From assembly GCA_015662595.1 (NCBI GenBank), contig DQTV01000045.1, forward strand, positions 2,870-66,869: 64,000 nucleotides of DNA. Direction: 5' to 3'. The translations under genes and the position numbers were made by a program. Source of the DNA: Ignisphaera aggregans (lineage in GTDB: Archaea; Thermoproteota; Thermoprotei_A; Sulfolobales; Ignisphaeraceae). Positions 55,876 to 64,000 of this stretch are shown one piece after another (within the stretch, counting starts at the first letter, position 1; every line of letters begins with the position of its first letter). The notes beneath the pieces were generated by a model. The model was given only the letters and a program-made list of their open reading frames with translations, searched no databases and was not told where the DNA came from.

Positions 55876-56004
55876 GCTTCAAAAATTCTTACGTATGTTC
55901 AGTCCTATGGAGGTTTTCTCGTTTTCAATACCACACCTTATTAGCTTACTCGTAATAGTTTACATTGGAAGTAGCGAAGACTGTAGCTAACTAGGTGTGC
56001 CGAC

Positions 56005-56439
56005 ATGGGCTCTACCGATCTTAATCTAGCTCCAGAGGAGCAGCTAGTGTACGAAGTTATAAAACGTGAAACTGAGCGCCATGGAGGGATATTTCAGACT
56101 AAACTAAAGGAGCTATCAGAACTCAAACACCTAGAGCCTCAGCGAATAGCACGAATTGTGTTAAAACTTGCACGACAAGGATTGATTAAACGTCAGTTGG
56201 TTTCTAACAATGATCGCTCCATGTACTTCCTACAAGCTATAACAAAGGCTGAGACTCGATCTCTAAGCACTAACTTAGCATTACCAATAAGGCTGGACAC
56301 CGTACTCCACATCCCCTGTTTTGCTTGTCGCGAGCTAGAACGCTGTAACGAAGGTGGATACCCTTCACCTTCACGATGCTCAATACTAACAAAGTTCTTG
56401 ATTTCTAAAGCAACGGGTTTACTAAGATCTACGCCTTAG
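56005..56439 (+). CDS. tfeB: TFE-beta-like protein (RPC34-type winged helix plus 4-Cys domain)
   Basis: EQLVYEVIKRETERHGGIFQTKLKELSEL...LIKRQLV winged helix. C-terminal CFAC-x5-C-x11-C cluster. Confidence 0.5.
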   Translation: MGSTDLNLAPEEQLVYEVIKRETERHGGIFQTKLKELSELKHLEPQRIARIVLKLARQGLIKRQLVSNNDRSMYFLQAITKAETRSLSTNLALPIRLDTVLHIPCFACRELERCNEGGYPSPSRCSILTKFLISKATGLLRSTP

Positions 56440-57632
56440 GGTTTAAGTACGTTAACACATTCCCTCACGACTCCATAAGGTGCCTCAGTAACAACACCAT
56501 CTGGATAGACATGGCTTCGCGCTGCTCTAAAACCTACTTCTCTAAGACATGAAACAACACGCTCGGGTGACGGCATATTTCTCCGTAAAGCCCGAGCTAT
56601 CGCAGAAACGCGATATAGTTTACCTTCTGCCTCAGCCTCTTGACTTAAGCGTAGAGCTAATTTCTTCGTTTCTACAGCAAAGACCTCATCACTGCTTACG
56701 ATATCGCATACCTTCATCGTCACCTCCTTATCTCTAATGCTACAAATCCATGTAAACCTAGTTAGAGAGAGTTCTGAGCCACAGATAGGACATTTAGTGA
56801 CGCTTTGCATATCGATAGCGGTGAAATATTCTACAAATCCACATCTGTCGCAAATAACGATAGAGCCTATACACTTAGAAAGCAGCTCATTAGCACGAAG
56901 ACCACCCTCAGCTATACGAAGATATACCCTAATGTAATGGCGAGAGTAGTAGGCAACTAGCGGAATTATTACCTTATCTATCTTAGCTGCTTCGCGAGCT
57001 AGAAACGCAAGTAAGTTACGTATGGCTACCTCTTTCGATATTATATTCTTTCTCCCTATCACACCATACCTTCTATATAGTTTTTGGGGGTATTTACCTT
57101 CCAATGGTGCGAGGTCCGTTGCTGTAAATGCTATATACCCTCCGTTTCTGATAGTATATAGCGCAGCAAATGCAAAGGGAGCTGGGCTTCCGAAAGGATC
57201 TATATCTATGTATTCTATCTTAGCTTTTTGACGAAATAGCGAGAAAAGTAGCTCATTAGCATCTGCATGCAAAGCCTTTACTTTTGACTCAACGTTGTTA
57301 AGCCTTATGTTGATGTTCATTATGTTAACTGCATACTCATCAATATCGCCCATTACGACCTCTGATATCTGAGGAACTTCCAAAGCTATACGAATTCCTC
57401 GTACTCCAGTGCTTGCTAAAGGATCTACAACCAAGCGTAGTGTTCGGCTTTGCGAGGCCCAGCGCAGAAACGCTATTGCGATATCACGATTCTCAACCAT
57501 AACCGGGTTATAGAAAACTGGAGCCCAAGCCGGTTCATAAACGCCATCCTCACGTTTATAGAGTTCGGGATTAGGTAGACACAAAACAGCTCGACCTTCA
57601 CGACAAACTTTGAAGCCTTCAGGACAGCTCAA
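56436..57632 (-). CDS. trm1: tRNA (guanine26-N2)-dimethyltransferase Trm1
   Basis: FYNPVMVENRDIA, VVDPLASTGVRGIR and IDIDPFGSPAPF motifs, plus CDRCG...CPICG zinc site. Confidence 0.88.
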   Translation of the reverse strand: MSCPEGFKVCREGRAVLCLPNPELYKREDGVYEPAWAPVFYNPVMVENRDIAIAFLRWASQSRTLRLVVDPLASTGVRGIRIALEVPQISEVVMGDIDEYAVNIMNINIRLNNVESKVKALHADANELLFSLFRQKAKIEYIDIDPFGSPAPFAFAALYTIRNGGYIAFTATDLAPLEGKYPQKLYRRYGVIGRKNIISKEVAIRNLLAFLAREAAKIDKVIIPLVAYYSRHYIRVYLRIAEGGLRANELLSKCIGSIVICDRCGFVEYFTAIDMQSVTKCPICGSELSLTRFTWICSIRDKEVTMKVCDIVSSDEVFAVETKKLALRLSQEAEAEGKLYRVSAIARALRRNMPSPERVVSCLREVGFRAARSHVYPDGVVTEAPYGVVRECVNVLKP

Positions 57633-57658
57633 TATCTCGCAAACCCGCTAACGGTTAT

Positions 57659-58216
57659 TTACATGCCCTTACGTAGAAGCTTCACTATTTCATCTCGTAA
57701 GAAACTTCTATTCTGCTCAGTCACTGTTATCATCTCAGCACGTTTCTCACGTAATATCTTCAGAATTTCCTGATCGCTAAGGTTTCTATGGACTACTATA
57801 ATTGCTGTATCAGCGTTTTTAAGAGCCTCAATAATGCCCTGACGAAGTCTTGGAAGTGAGAGCTCCATAGGGCCTATCTCATCTATTGCTAAAAGCGCTT
57901 TTTCACATTGTGGCTTTCTCAATGCTTCGATACCTACGCTCTCAGCATCTCCAACAACAATATACCTGCCTATCCTCTTGTTTGTTAAACTTATCGAGGT
58001 TCCGCACTGATCTATGAATTCGCGAACTATTGCAAGCCAAGCACTTCTGCCGCTTCTCAAGTCTACGATTTTAAACCCTACTCTACGTCCAGATACTCTA
58101 ACCTCAGGACAATAGAAGCCGTAAATAGCTATCCCCTCCTTCTTAAGCTCTTCCACCACGCTAAAGAATAGAGTAGTTTTGCCGACTCCTGGTCTTCCAG
58201 TTAAAGCCACTATCAA
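57659..58216 (-). CDS. Nucleoside-triphosphatase THEP1 family
   Basis: LTGRPGVGKTTLF P-loop and LAIDEIGPMEL Walker B. 185 aa. Confidence 0.8.
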   Translation of the reverse strand: MIVALTGRPGVGKTTLFFSVVEELKKEGIAIYGFYCPEVRVSGRRVGFKIVDLRSGRSAWLAIVREFIDQCGTSISLTNKRIGRYIVVGDAESVGIEALRKPQCEKALLAIDEIGPMELSLPRLRQGIIEALKNADTAIIVVHRNLSDQEILKILREKRAEMITVTEQNRSFLRDEIVKLLRKGM

Positions 58217-58225
58217 TATCTCCTC

Positions 58226-59251
58226 TTACCTCTTTGGAGCATTTTGCACCTCACGAATTATGTTGTTTATCTCGGAGTAGTTATAAAGTTCAAGATATTT
58301 TTCTATTTCATCGCGTATCTCAGCTCTATCCCTAGCCTTATTATCCACAAGTACTGCAATTGCACGACCTTTAAAGGCTTCAGCCAATTTTGCTGTTTCA
58401 CGACACTTAACTACTACGGATTGAAGGTTCTCATCACTTATTAGTGTAAGAAACCATCTTGCATCGCCATACCGCAACACGATATCGCTTGGCATCAAAT
58501 CGAAAGCCTCGGCTTCAAGACCATGCTTAATAGCCTCCACTACAAGTTTATGTTTATGGTTATCCCGATCAACAACCCTCGGCTCACTTGCAGATACGGT
58601 ACGTGAACTGCGACCAATACGTTCAATAAATATATTGACATCCTCTAGAACTAATTCAAACTCCTCACCAAAAACTTCAAGGAAACGTTCCGCAACTTCT
58701 ACACTCATGTCGATTTTGCCTTGTTCATACTCGTATAGGGCCTTTATGCTTACACCAACCTTCTGAGCTAGTTGTGAAAGGCTTAAACCACGACGTTCTC
58801 TAAGCTCTCGCAATTTCATGCCATCTATCTTAACGTAGAAGAGACCATTCCTTTCGTAAATACAAACCTTAGAACCTCTTACTAAATTATACAATGTTTT
58901 GTAAGATACAATCCCTATTTTATCCCGGGTATAGAGAATACCATCGATCAGCTCTTCACGATTAAGGTACTTAGCTATAACAAGCGATGATGTATCTAAT
59001 ACCTCTGTTGCACGTTTAAGTTCTGCAAAGTCCTTACGTCTTGACGAAACTCTATCTGTAATTCTTATCAATACATTCACATCCTCATATCGTGCAACAA
59101 GATCTAAGGGTCTTCGTGTAGCTTCGGGGTACTCTATGCTAACAATGTCTCGGAGACCTAAGCGTTCAAGCACATGTTTAATACGAGCTCTTTCACTCTC
59201 TAACATTGTTGTATTATCCCTGGGCGTCACAGCTCGATCTGAATCAAGCAC
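58226..59251 (-). CDS. Archaeal HTH (XRE-type) transcriptional regulator, COG1395-like
   Basis: Central LRELRERRGLSLSQLAQKVGVSIKALYEYEQGK helix-turn-helix flanked by uncharacterised N and C domains. 341 aa. Confidence 0.6.
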   Translation of the reverse strand: MLDSDRAVTPRDNTTMLESERARIKHVLERLGLRDIVSIEYPEATRRPLDLVARYEDVNVLIRITDRVSSRRKDFAELKRATEVLDTSSLVIAKYLNREELIDGILYTRDKIGIVSYKTLYNLVRGSKVCIYERNGLFYVKIDGMKLRELRERRGLSLSQLAQKVGVSIKALYEYEQGKIDMSVEVAERFLEVFGEEFELVLEDVNIFIERIGRSSRTVSASEPRVVDRDNHKHKLVVEAIKHGLEAEAFDLMPSDIVLRYGDARWFLTLISDENLQSVVVKCRETAKLAEAFKGRAIAVLVDNKARDRAEIRDEIEKYLELYNYSEINNIIREVQNAPKR

Positions 59252-59346
59252 TCCAACACTTAATAATAGATTTTGATTCCATTTAAAAATTTACATAAGC
59301 AATAACTTAGGCATTAACATTGCTATGTCGTAGTTGGAATGTCAGC

Positions 59347-60084
59347 TCATCTCTTTCTATGGAATATGGCATAAACCATCGCGTGATCTCTATCAAAAGG
59401 CTCGAGATGTACTACATCTACTATCTCAAATCCCCTCTCCTTCAATGTATCGATCTCACGTTTATATACCTCACTAGGCTCAGCCGTAACATCAATGCTT
59501 CGTGCCTTAATCGCCAACAACAGCCATCCGCCATCTTTAAGGAACATATCCGCATTGTCTGCAACTAGTCCGGCTTGCTCTGGCTGAGCTACGTCTGCAT
59601 ATATTCCATCAACTGTTTCAACTATACTTCTATACTTCTTCGGGATGCGAGCATCTCCTAACACAGGTATTACGTTGGGTCTGTCATCTGCAACTGCTAC
59701 AAGCTCTCTCATTACACGTGGTGCGAATTCTACAGCGTAGATGCGCCCTTTCAAGCCTACTATATCAGACACATGACTTACGGTAGTCCCTGAACCAGCT
59801 CCAAGGTACAAGATCTTCTGACCCACAGTTATGGGCAGCTCCTTCAATCCTTTAATTAGAGCTGCCGCTAGTTTACTTCTGTAAGCGTTCCATTCTCTAT
59901 ATTCAACTCCCTCCCATTTGTATAAATGCTCGCCGTAAACCCTCTTCCCGGGAACTAGATTCTTCGTTGCTAATCTACTACTCCCATCATCTAGTTCCAC
60001 TACATACACATTTTTGTACTTTGGATGCTCATAGACATTAACTACCGAAGACATATCCTCACCCACTACTATAACAATCCGCAC
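59347..60084 (-). CDS. flpA: Fibrillarin-like rRNA/tRNA 2'-O-methyltransferase
   Basis: [22 protein letters not shown] motif and [10 protein letters not shown]. The start is possibly ATG 60054. Confidence 0.93.
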   Translation of the reverse strand: MRIVIVVGEDMSSVVNVYEHPKYKNVYVVELDDGSSRLATKNLVPGKRVYGEHLYKWEGVEYREWNAYRSKLAAALIKGLKELPITVGQKILYLGAGSGTTVSHVSDIVGLKGRIYAVEFAPRVMRELVAVADDRPNVIPVLGDARIPKKYRSIVETVDGIYADVAQPEQAGLVADNADMFLKDGGWLLLAIKARSIDVTAEPSEVYKREIDTLKERGFEIVDVVHLEPFDRDHAMVYAIFHRKR

Positions 60085-60103
60085 ACTCAGAGCTTAAGTA
60101 TTC

Positions 60104-61327
60104 TCAACGCTTTCTTCCACGTTTCCGCTCCTTCTTTTCTTCGCGTTTCTCTCTCTTTGGAGGTTTGGGATAGAGCTTCTTTATCTCTTCAATACGTTCC
60201 ATAAGCCTCTTCTTCAACTCATCACCTATGTACCTACCGGTAAAGTAGTCGACTCTAGCAGCTATCGCAAGCTTTGTTGCTAATGCTCGTGCAATCTTAC
60301 CTCTTTGCCATCTGGGGGAGCGTCTGATCTCTGGGAATTGGAATATCACACCGTGTTTAGGTGGTTTACCGCCAGTTCTAAGGGCTCTAAATAGAGCTTT
60401 CTCAGCTCCAAGCACCTGTATGGTGCTTGCTGGAAGTCTTGCCAACTCCTCTAGGCTTCCAGCTAAGCTTAACAACCTCGCACCTAACAATGGACCAACA
60501 AGCGCCGTTACGTTGGGCGCTACCTCCTTCATTACCTGTGATATGTAGCTAGTGAGTTCTTGTCTAAGCGAGTAAAGATCTAGCCATATATTTGCAACCT
60601 TCTGAATTACTTTGAGATCCATCTCCGAAAGATCTGCACCAATACTCTTCTTAGCGACTTCAGCTATTCGCTTAGCTCGCCCTTCTGGAATACCAAGCTT
60701 AGTCAGAGTCTCAACATCCATATAGTCGCGCAGACCTACATAGGCGACTATCTTGGTATACTCATGGTGTTCTCGAACAATATCGTCAAGTTCTGGAAAG
60801 TGTATGCTAAACCATTCCCTTAGCCTCGCAGCAAACAGATTTAGCGTCTTGTCTATATCATCTACAGCTCTAATTGCCTGGATTGCTAACAGATCCCTCT
60901 TTTGAGCATAACGTCGCAGTTTTCTCCTGGTAAGCTCAAGACTTAGTTTATGTACGAACTCGTTGTACTCATCCTCATTCTCAACAAATTTCAACTCCAC
61001 AGCAATAGACGCTAACTGCGATCTAAGCTTAACTATAGGCTCAGCACCGGACACTACCTCTATTTGATATCCCTTCTCTATGAATACCTTACCTATGTCA
61101 GGATCCTCAATTACTATGGTATGAGCTTCAGGCTTAAACTTTTCACTAAGTTTTGCTGCTAATTCTCGCAATGCTGTTGTTGGACTTCCATTTTCTAATG
61201 TGACAAGCTCCTCAACAATCTTACCTATGTCTTTGGGATACAGCACATAGTCAATTATTTTACCACTCTCATCAAGTGCAAACGATCCTATAAATGTATC
61301 AGCGACATATAGCTTCGAACTCATCAC
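60104..61327 (-). CDS. nop5: C/D box RNP core protein Nop5 (Nop56/58)
   Basis: Nop domain LGAEKALFRALRTGGKPPKHGVIFQ and a KKE-rich C-terminal tail. nop5-flpA operon. Confidence 0.93.
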   Translation of the reverse strand: MMSSKLYVADTFIGSFALDESGKIIDYVLYPKDIGKIVEELVTLENGSPTTALRELAAKLSEKFKPEAHTIVIEDPDIGKVFIEKGYQIEVVSGAEPIVKLRSQLASIAVELKFVENEDEYNEFVHKLSLELTRRKLRRYAQKRDLLAIQAIRAVDDIDKTLNLFAARLREWFSIHFPELDDIVREHHEYTKIVAYVGLRDYMDVETLTKLGIPEGRAKRIAEVAKKSIGADLSEMDLKVIQKVANIWLDLYSLRQELTSYISQVMKEVAPNVTALVGPLLGARLLSLAGSLEELARLPASTIQVLGAEKALFRALRTGGKPPKHGVIFQFPEIRRSPRWQRGKIARALATKLAIAARVDYFTGRYIGDELKKRLMERIEEIKKLYPKPPKREKREEKKERKRGRKR

Positions 61328-61456
61328 GTCACACCTTTCTCGTAGTAGCTTCTTAAAACTAATATATAGCCCTTAATTAACATCGTTAACCAACGGTGGC
61401 TAGTAACTTTAAAAGCAGTAGTATAGAAGTAGGTCGTGTAGAGCCGGTGACTATTC

Positions 61457-61654
61457 ATGCCATCCCACGGATCACTAACAAAAGCAGGTAAGGTTAGAAA
61501 CCAAACTCCAAAGATACCCCCAAAACCCAAGCGTAATCTTGTTCCCAGAGTTAGGAATAGACGTGAGTATTGGATAAGGCAACGTAAGGCACAAGGACTG
61601 CCTGTTCCACCTGTTGTACCGCCATCGTCTGTGCCAAGGAAACGTCAGGCATAA
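61457..61654 (+). CDS. rps30e: 30S ribosomal protein S30e (eS30)
   Basis: [28 protein letters not shown]-terminus. Confidence 0.85.
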   Translation: MPSHGSLTKAGKVRNQTPKIPPKPKRNLVPRVRNRREYWIRQRKAQGLPVPPVVPPSSVPRKRQA

Positions 61655-61830
61655 GTACCAATCCAGTTCTTTTAGAACAATACGATGCCAACCTAAACCT
61701 CAACTTCTTTGTTGCTATGATATTTGCCTATTGAGCATGGAAAGGCTGTACTGAAGCGCATCTAGGGTATGGCAATACCATTACTAGACTTAAAGCCCCG
61801 GAGCCTCTACCATTAGTATGGCGCTTTGGT

Positions 61831-63780
61831 ATGAGAAGTGCCTTAAGGATACCGGAGAATTTAGACTATAAAGCTCTTGAATTAAGGGTTGGATTTGAAA
61901 TTCATCGACAGCTGGATACTAAGCATAAATTATTTTGCAATTGTCCAACAAAGCTCGTATCAGAACGTGAACTAGCAGCGGCACCCAGATTTAGGAGATA
62001 CCTTAGAGCTACACGAAGTGAGTTAGGTGAAGTTGATGTGGCAGCAGCCTTCGAGGAACAGCGTAAGCGAGTATTCGAATACATTGCCCCTCCGTCAGCT
62101 TCGTGCCTTGTCGAGCTAGATGAGGAGCCACCTCACGAGCTTAATCGTGAGGCTCTAGCCGTAGCTATCGCCATAGCTAAGGCCTTTCATGCGAGGCTAG
62201 TCGACGAGATACACGTGATGAGGAAGATTGTCATTGACGGCTCGAATACAACAGGATTCCAGAGAACGGCAATAGTGGCTGTAGATGGCTATATTGATGA
62301 TGAGGAGGGACCCGTGAGGATTCAAACGATAGCTTTGGAAGAGGATGCTGCAAGAAAAATTGAAGAACGTGATGGTTTAGTGGTCTATAGCTTAGATAGG
62401 TTAGGAATACCCTTAATCGAAATATCTACGGCTCCAGATATAAGGAGTCCTCAGCAAGCTAAACGCGTAGCTGAAAAAATCGGGTTGGTGCTTCGGTTAA
62501 CAGGTAAGGTTAAGCGCGGTATTGGAACAGTGAGGCAGGACATTAATTTATCTATAAGAGGTAGTCCAAAGGTTGAAATTAAAGGAGTTCAGAGGCTAGA
62601 GCTCATACCCAAGGTTATAGAGAATGAAGTACGTCGATTATATGGTCTCCTAATGATTAGAGATGAACTACAGAGACGCGGCGTAAAAGCAGATGACGTA
62701 CTTAAACAAGAGCCTATTGACGTAACTGAGATCCTTAAGGAGTGTCCTAGTAAGTTACTTAAGAACGCTGTAAAGCGTGGAGCAAGAATTTATGCCATTA
62801 AATTACCCAAATTTAGTGGCCTTCTAGGCGTTGAACTTCAGCCGGGAAGACGCTTTGGTACAGAGCTTGCTGACTACGCTAAACAGTGGGCTGGGGTTCA
62901 GGGGATAATACACAGTGATGAGCTTCCAAATTATGGAATAGACGAACCATACATCAGCAAACTACGTGAGGTGCTATGTGCGAGCGATGAAGACGCATTT
63001 GTACTCATAGCTGACGAACCCTCAAAAGCAAAATATGCGCTTGAAATTGTTCGTTGGCGTGCAGCCATGGCTATCAATGGAATACCTAAAGAAACTAGGG
63101 CAGCAAACGACGACGGTACAACACGTTATCTAAGGCCTCAACCAGGCGCTGCCAGGATGTATCCTGAGACAGATGTTCCTCCCGTAAGGATAGACGAAAA
63201 GTTGTTAGAGGAAGCCTTGCGCTACGTACCTCCGGATCCCAGTGAGAAGATTCGTGAACTGATCTCAAAGTACGGACTAAGTTATGACCTTGCAAAACAG
63301 ATAATCACGAGTGATTACATGCAACTCTTTGAGACGATGGTAAGTAAATACGGTATTGACCCTACCCTTGCAGCTTCGATATTCACTACACTTGCAGGCG
63401 AATTACGAAAGGAAGGGCTAGATATAGACTCAATAGACGATGAATCGTTCATGATACTCGCTGAAGCGCTTTCTCGTTACGGCTTACCAAAGGATGCTGT
63501 TCTCATATGCCTTAAGGAATTGGCTCGAGGAAGAAGATTTAAAGATGCTGAAACAATGATTAAGGAGTTAGGGCTTACCAAAGCTTCAGAGAGTGAGATT
63601 CGGCACGTAGTGCGTGAAGTTATTGAGACTTATCGAAGTGAGATTTCACAACGTGGAGAGAGAGCATTCTCCTTCATTATGGGCAAGGTTATGGCGCGCT
63701 TACGCGGTCGTGCAGATGGGAGAGTTGTAGCGTCAATAGTCAAAGAAATGCTGAATACGATACTTAGGTCCACATCGTGA
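61831..63780 (+). CDS. gatE: Glutamyl-tRNA(Gln) amidotransferase subunit E
   Basis: 649 aa, LRVGFEIHRQLDTKHKLFCNCPT N-terminus and archaeal GatE insertion domain. Confidence 0.93.
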   Translation: MRSALRIPENLDYKALELRVGFEIHRQLDTKHKLFCNCPTKLVSERELAAAPRFRRYLRATRSELGEVDVAAAFEEQRKRVFEYIAPPSASCLVELDEEPPHELNREALAVAIAIAKAFHARLVDEIHVMRKIVIDGSNTTGFQRTAIVAVDGYIDDEEGPVRIQTIALEEDAARKIEERDGLVVYSLDRLGIPLIEISTAPDIRSPQQAKRVAEKIGLVLRLTGKVKRGIGTVRQDINLSIRGSPKVEIKGVQRLELIPKVIENEVRRLYGLLMIRDELQRRGVKADDVLKQEPIDVTEILKECPSKLLKNAVKRGARIYAIKLPKFSGLLGVELQPGRRFGTELADYAKQWAGVQGIIHSDELPNYGIDEPYISKLREVLCASDEDAFVLIADEPSKAKYALEIVRWRAAMAINGIPKETRAANDDGTTRYLRPQPGAARMYPETDVPPVRIDEKLLEEALRYVPPDPSEKIRELISKYGLSYDLAKQIITSDYMQLFETMVSKYGIDPTLAASIFTTLAGELRKEGLDIDSIDDESFMILAEALSRYGLPKDAVLICLKELARGRRFKDAETMIKELGLTKASESEIRHVVREVIETYRSEISQRGERAFSFIMGKVMARLRGRADGRVVASIVKEMLNTILRSTS

Positions 63781-63883
63781 TTCTGGATCAGGTTTTATCC
63801 TCCTGGTCTAGGACTCATCACCATGTTCAGCGCCGGAGGTTTCAGTCATCGTAAGACTCTATCGATATGCGGTAGATAAGCCT

Positions 63884-64000
63884 ATGCACGAATTCGTAAA
63901 TGTAGAGTTATGGAGGAAGTGGCGTGAGGAAGCCTATGCACGTTTCAAAAGTGATATTGAGATAGGGTACGTCGACACTGATATTGTGGATCTAATCGAG
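63884..64000 (+). CDS. taw3: Possible tRNA wyosine-derivative methyltransferase Taw3 (TYW3-like), N-terminal fragment
   Basis: Own translation: MHEFVNVELWRKWREEAYARFKSDIEIGYVDTDIVDLIE. It matches the TYW3 N-terminal pattern (F..K......G.VD..I..L) and runs off the window. Confidence 0.35.
   Translation, partial: MHEFVNVELWRKWREEAYARFKSDIEIGYVDTDIVDLIE

Noticed and set aside
61324-61530. 68-aa minus-strand ORF spanning the nop5 / rps30e divergent promoter region
   Set aside because: It overlaps the rps30e start on the opposite strand and the promoter spacer. It has no coding features.
63788-63860. C/D-like boxes on the minus strand between gatE and taw3 (ACGAUGA-15-CUGA-5-GUGAUGA-12-GAGG)
   Set aside because: The internal D'/C' pair is perfect. 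However, the terminal D box is missing at the required spacing (GAGG instead of CUGA, with the next CUGA 23 nt away) and the C box is imperfect. It is not a convincing sRNA.

Overview
This window reads as core chromosome from a hyperthermophilic crenarchaeon (Thermoprotei-type). The assignment rests on archaeal-only ribosomal proteins (L34e, L19e, L32e, S4e, S27e, L44e, S8e, S30e), two PCNA paralogs, an Rpo13-like subunit, a TFE-beta-like protein, Nop5/fibrillarin, Orc1/Cdc6 and GatE. No exact taxon can be given. About 90 genes are tightly packed. They include the spc/S10-type ribosomal operon running L22 to SecY to L34e to cmk (1-11292, minus strand). A detached, rearranged L3-L4-L23 / S19 / L2 block lies at 33.7-37.7 kb. 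Replication genes present are PCNA-PriS-GINS-like, a second PCNA, and Orc1/Cdc6. There are many RNA-processing and RNA-modification genes: RtcB, RNase Z, Trm1, Trm11-type, two SPOUT methylases, Gar1, Nop10, Nop5, fibrillarin, Rpp29, SRP19 and Taw3. Two tRNAs are present (Arg-UCG and Ala-CGC, both with encoded CCA), plus a membrane H+-pyrophosphatase. Reading the non-ORF sequence by eye gave several unlisted small RNA genes. Three C/D box sRNAs have canonical or near-canonical box order and spacing (18189-18238 +, 41651-41698 -, 32509-32560 -). Three more C/D candidates are weaker. One H/ACA-like hairpin has an ACA box at canonical spacing (17338-17416 -). The most system-like accessory element is a compact operon at 30096-31953 with its own promoter. 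It encodes a 2-TM protein, a polytopic membrane protein with a Cys-rich ectodomain, and a 2-TM mini-protein missed by the ORF cut-off. Its layout matches the crenarchaeal Ced/Ted (VirB2/VirB6-like) DNA-transfer module. It sits directly behind an Lhr-type helicase and 6 kb from an orphan VirB11/FlaI-family ATPase. No CRISPR array, IS element, integrase or rRNA gene is visible. Family assignments come from motif recognition and synteny only, since no searches could be run.
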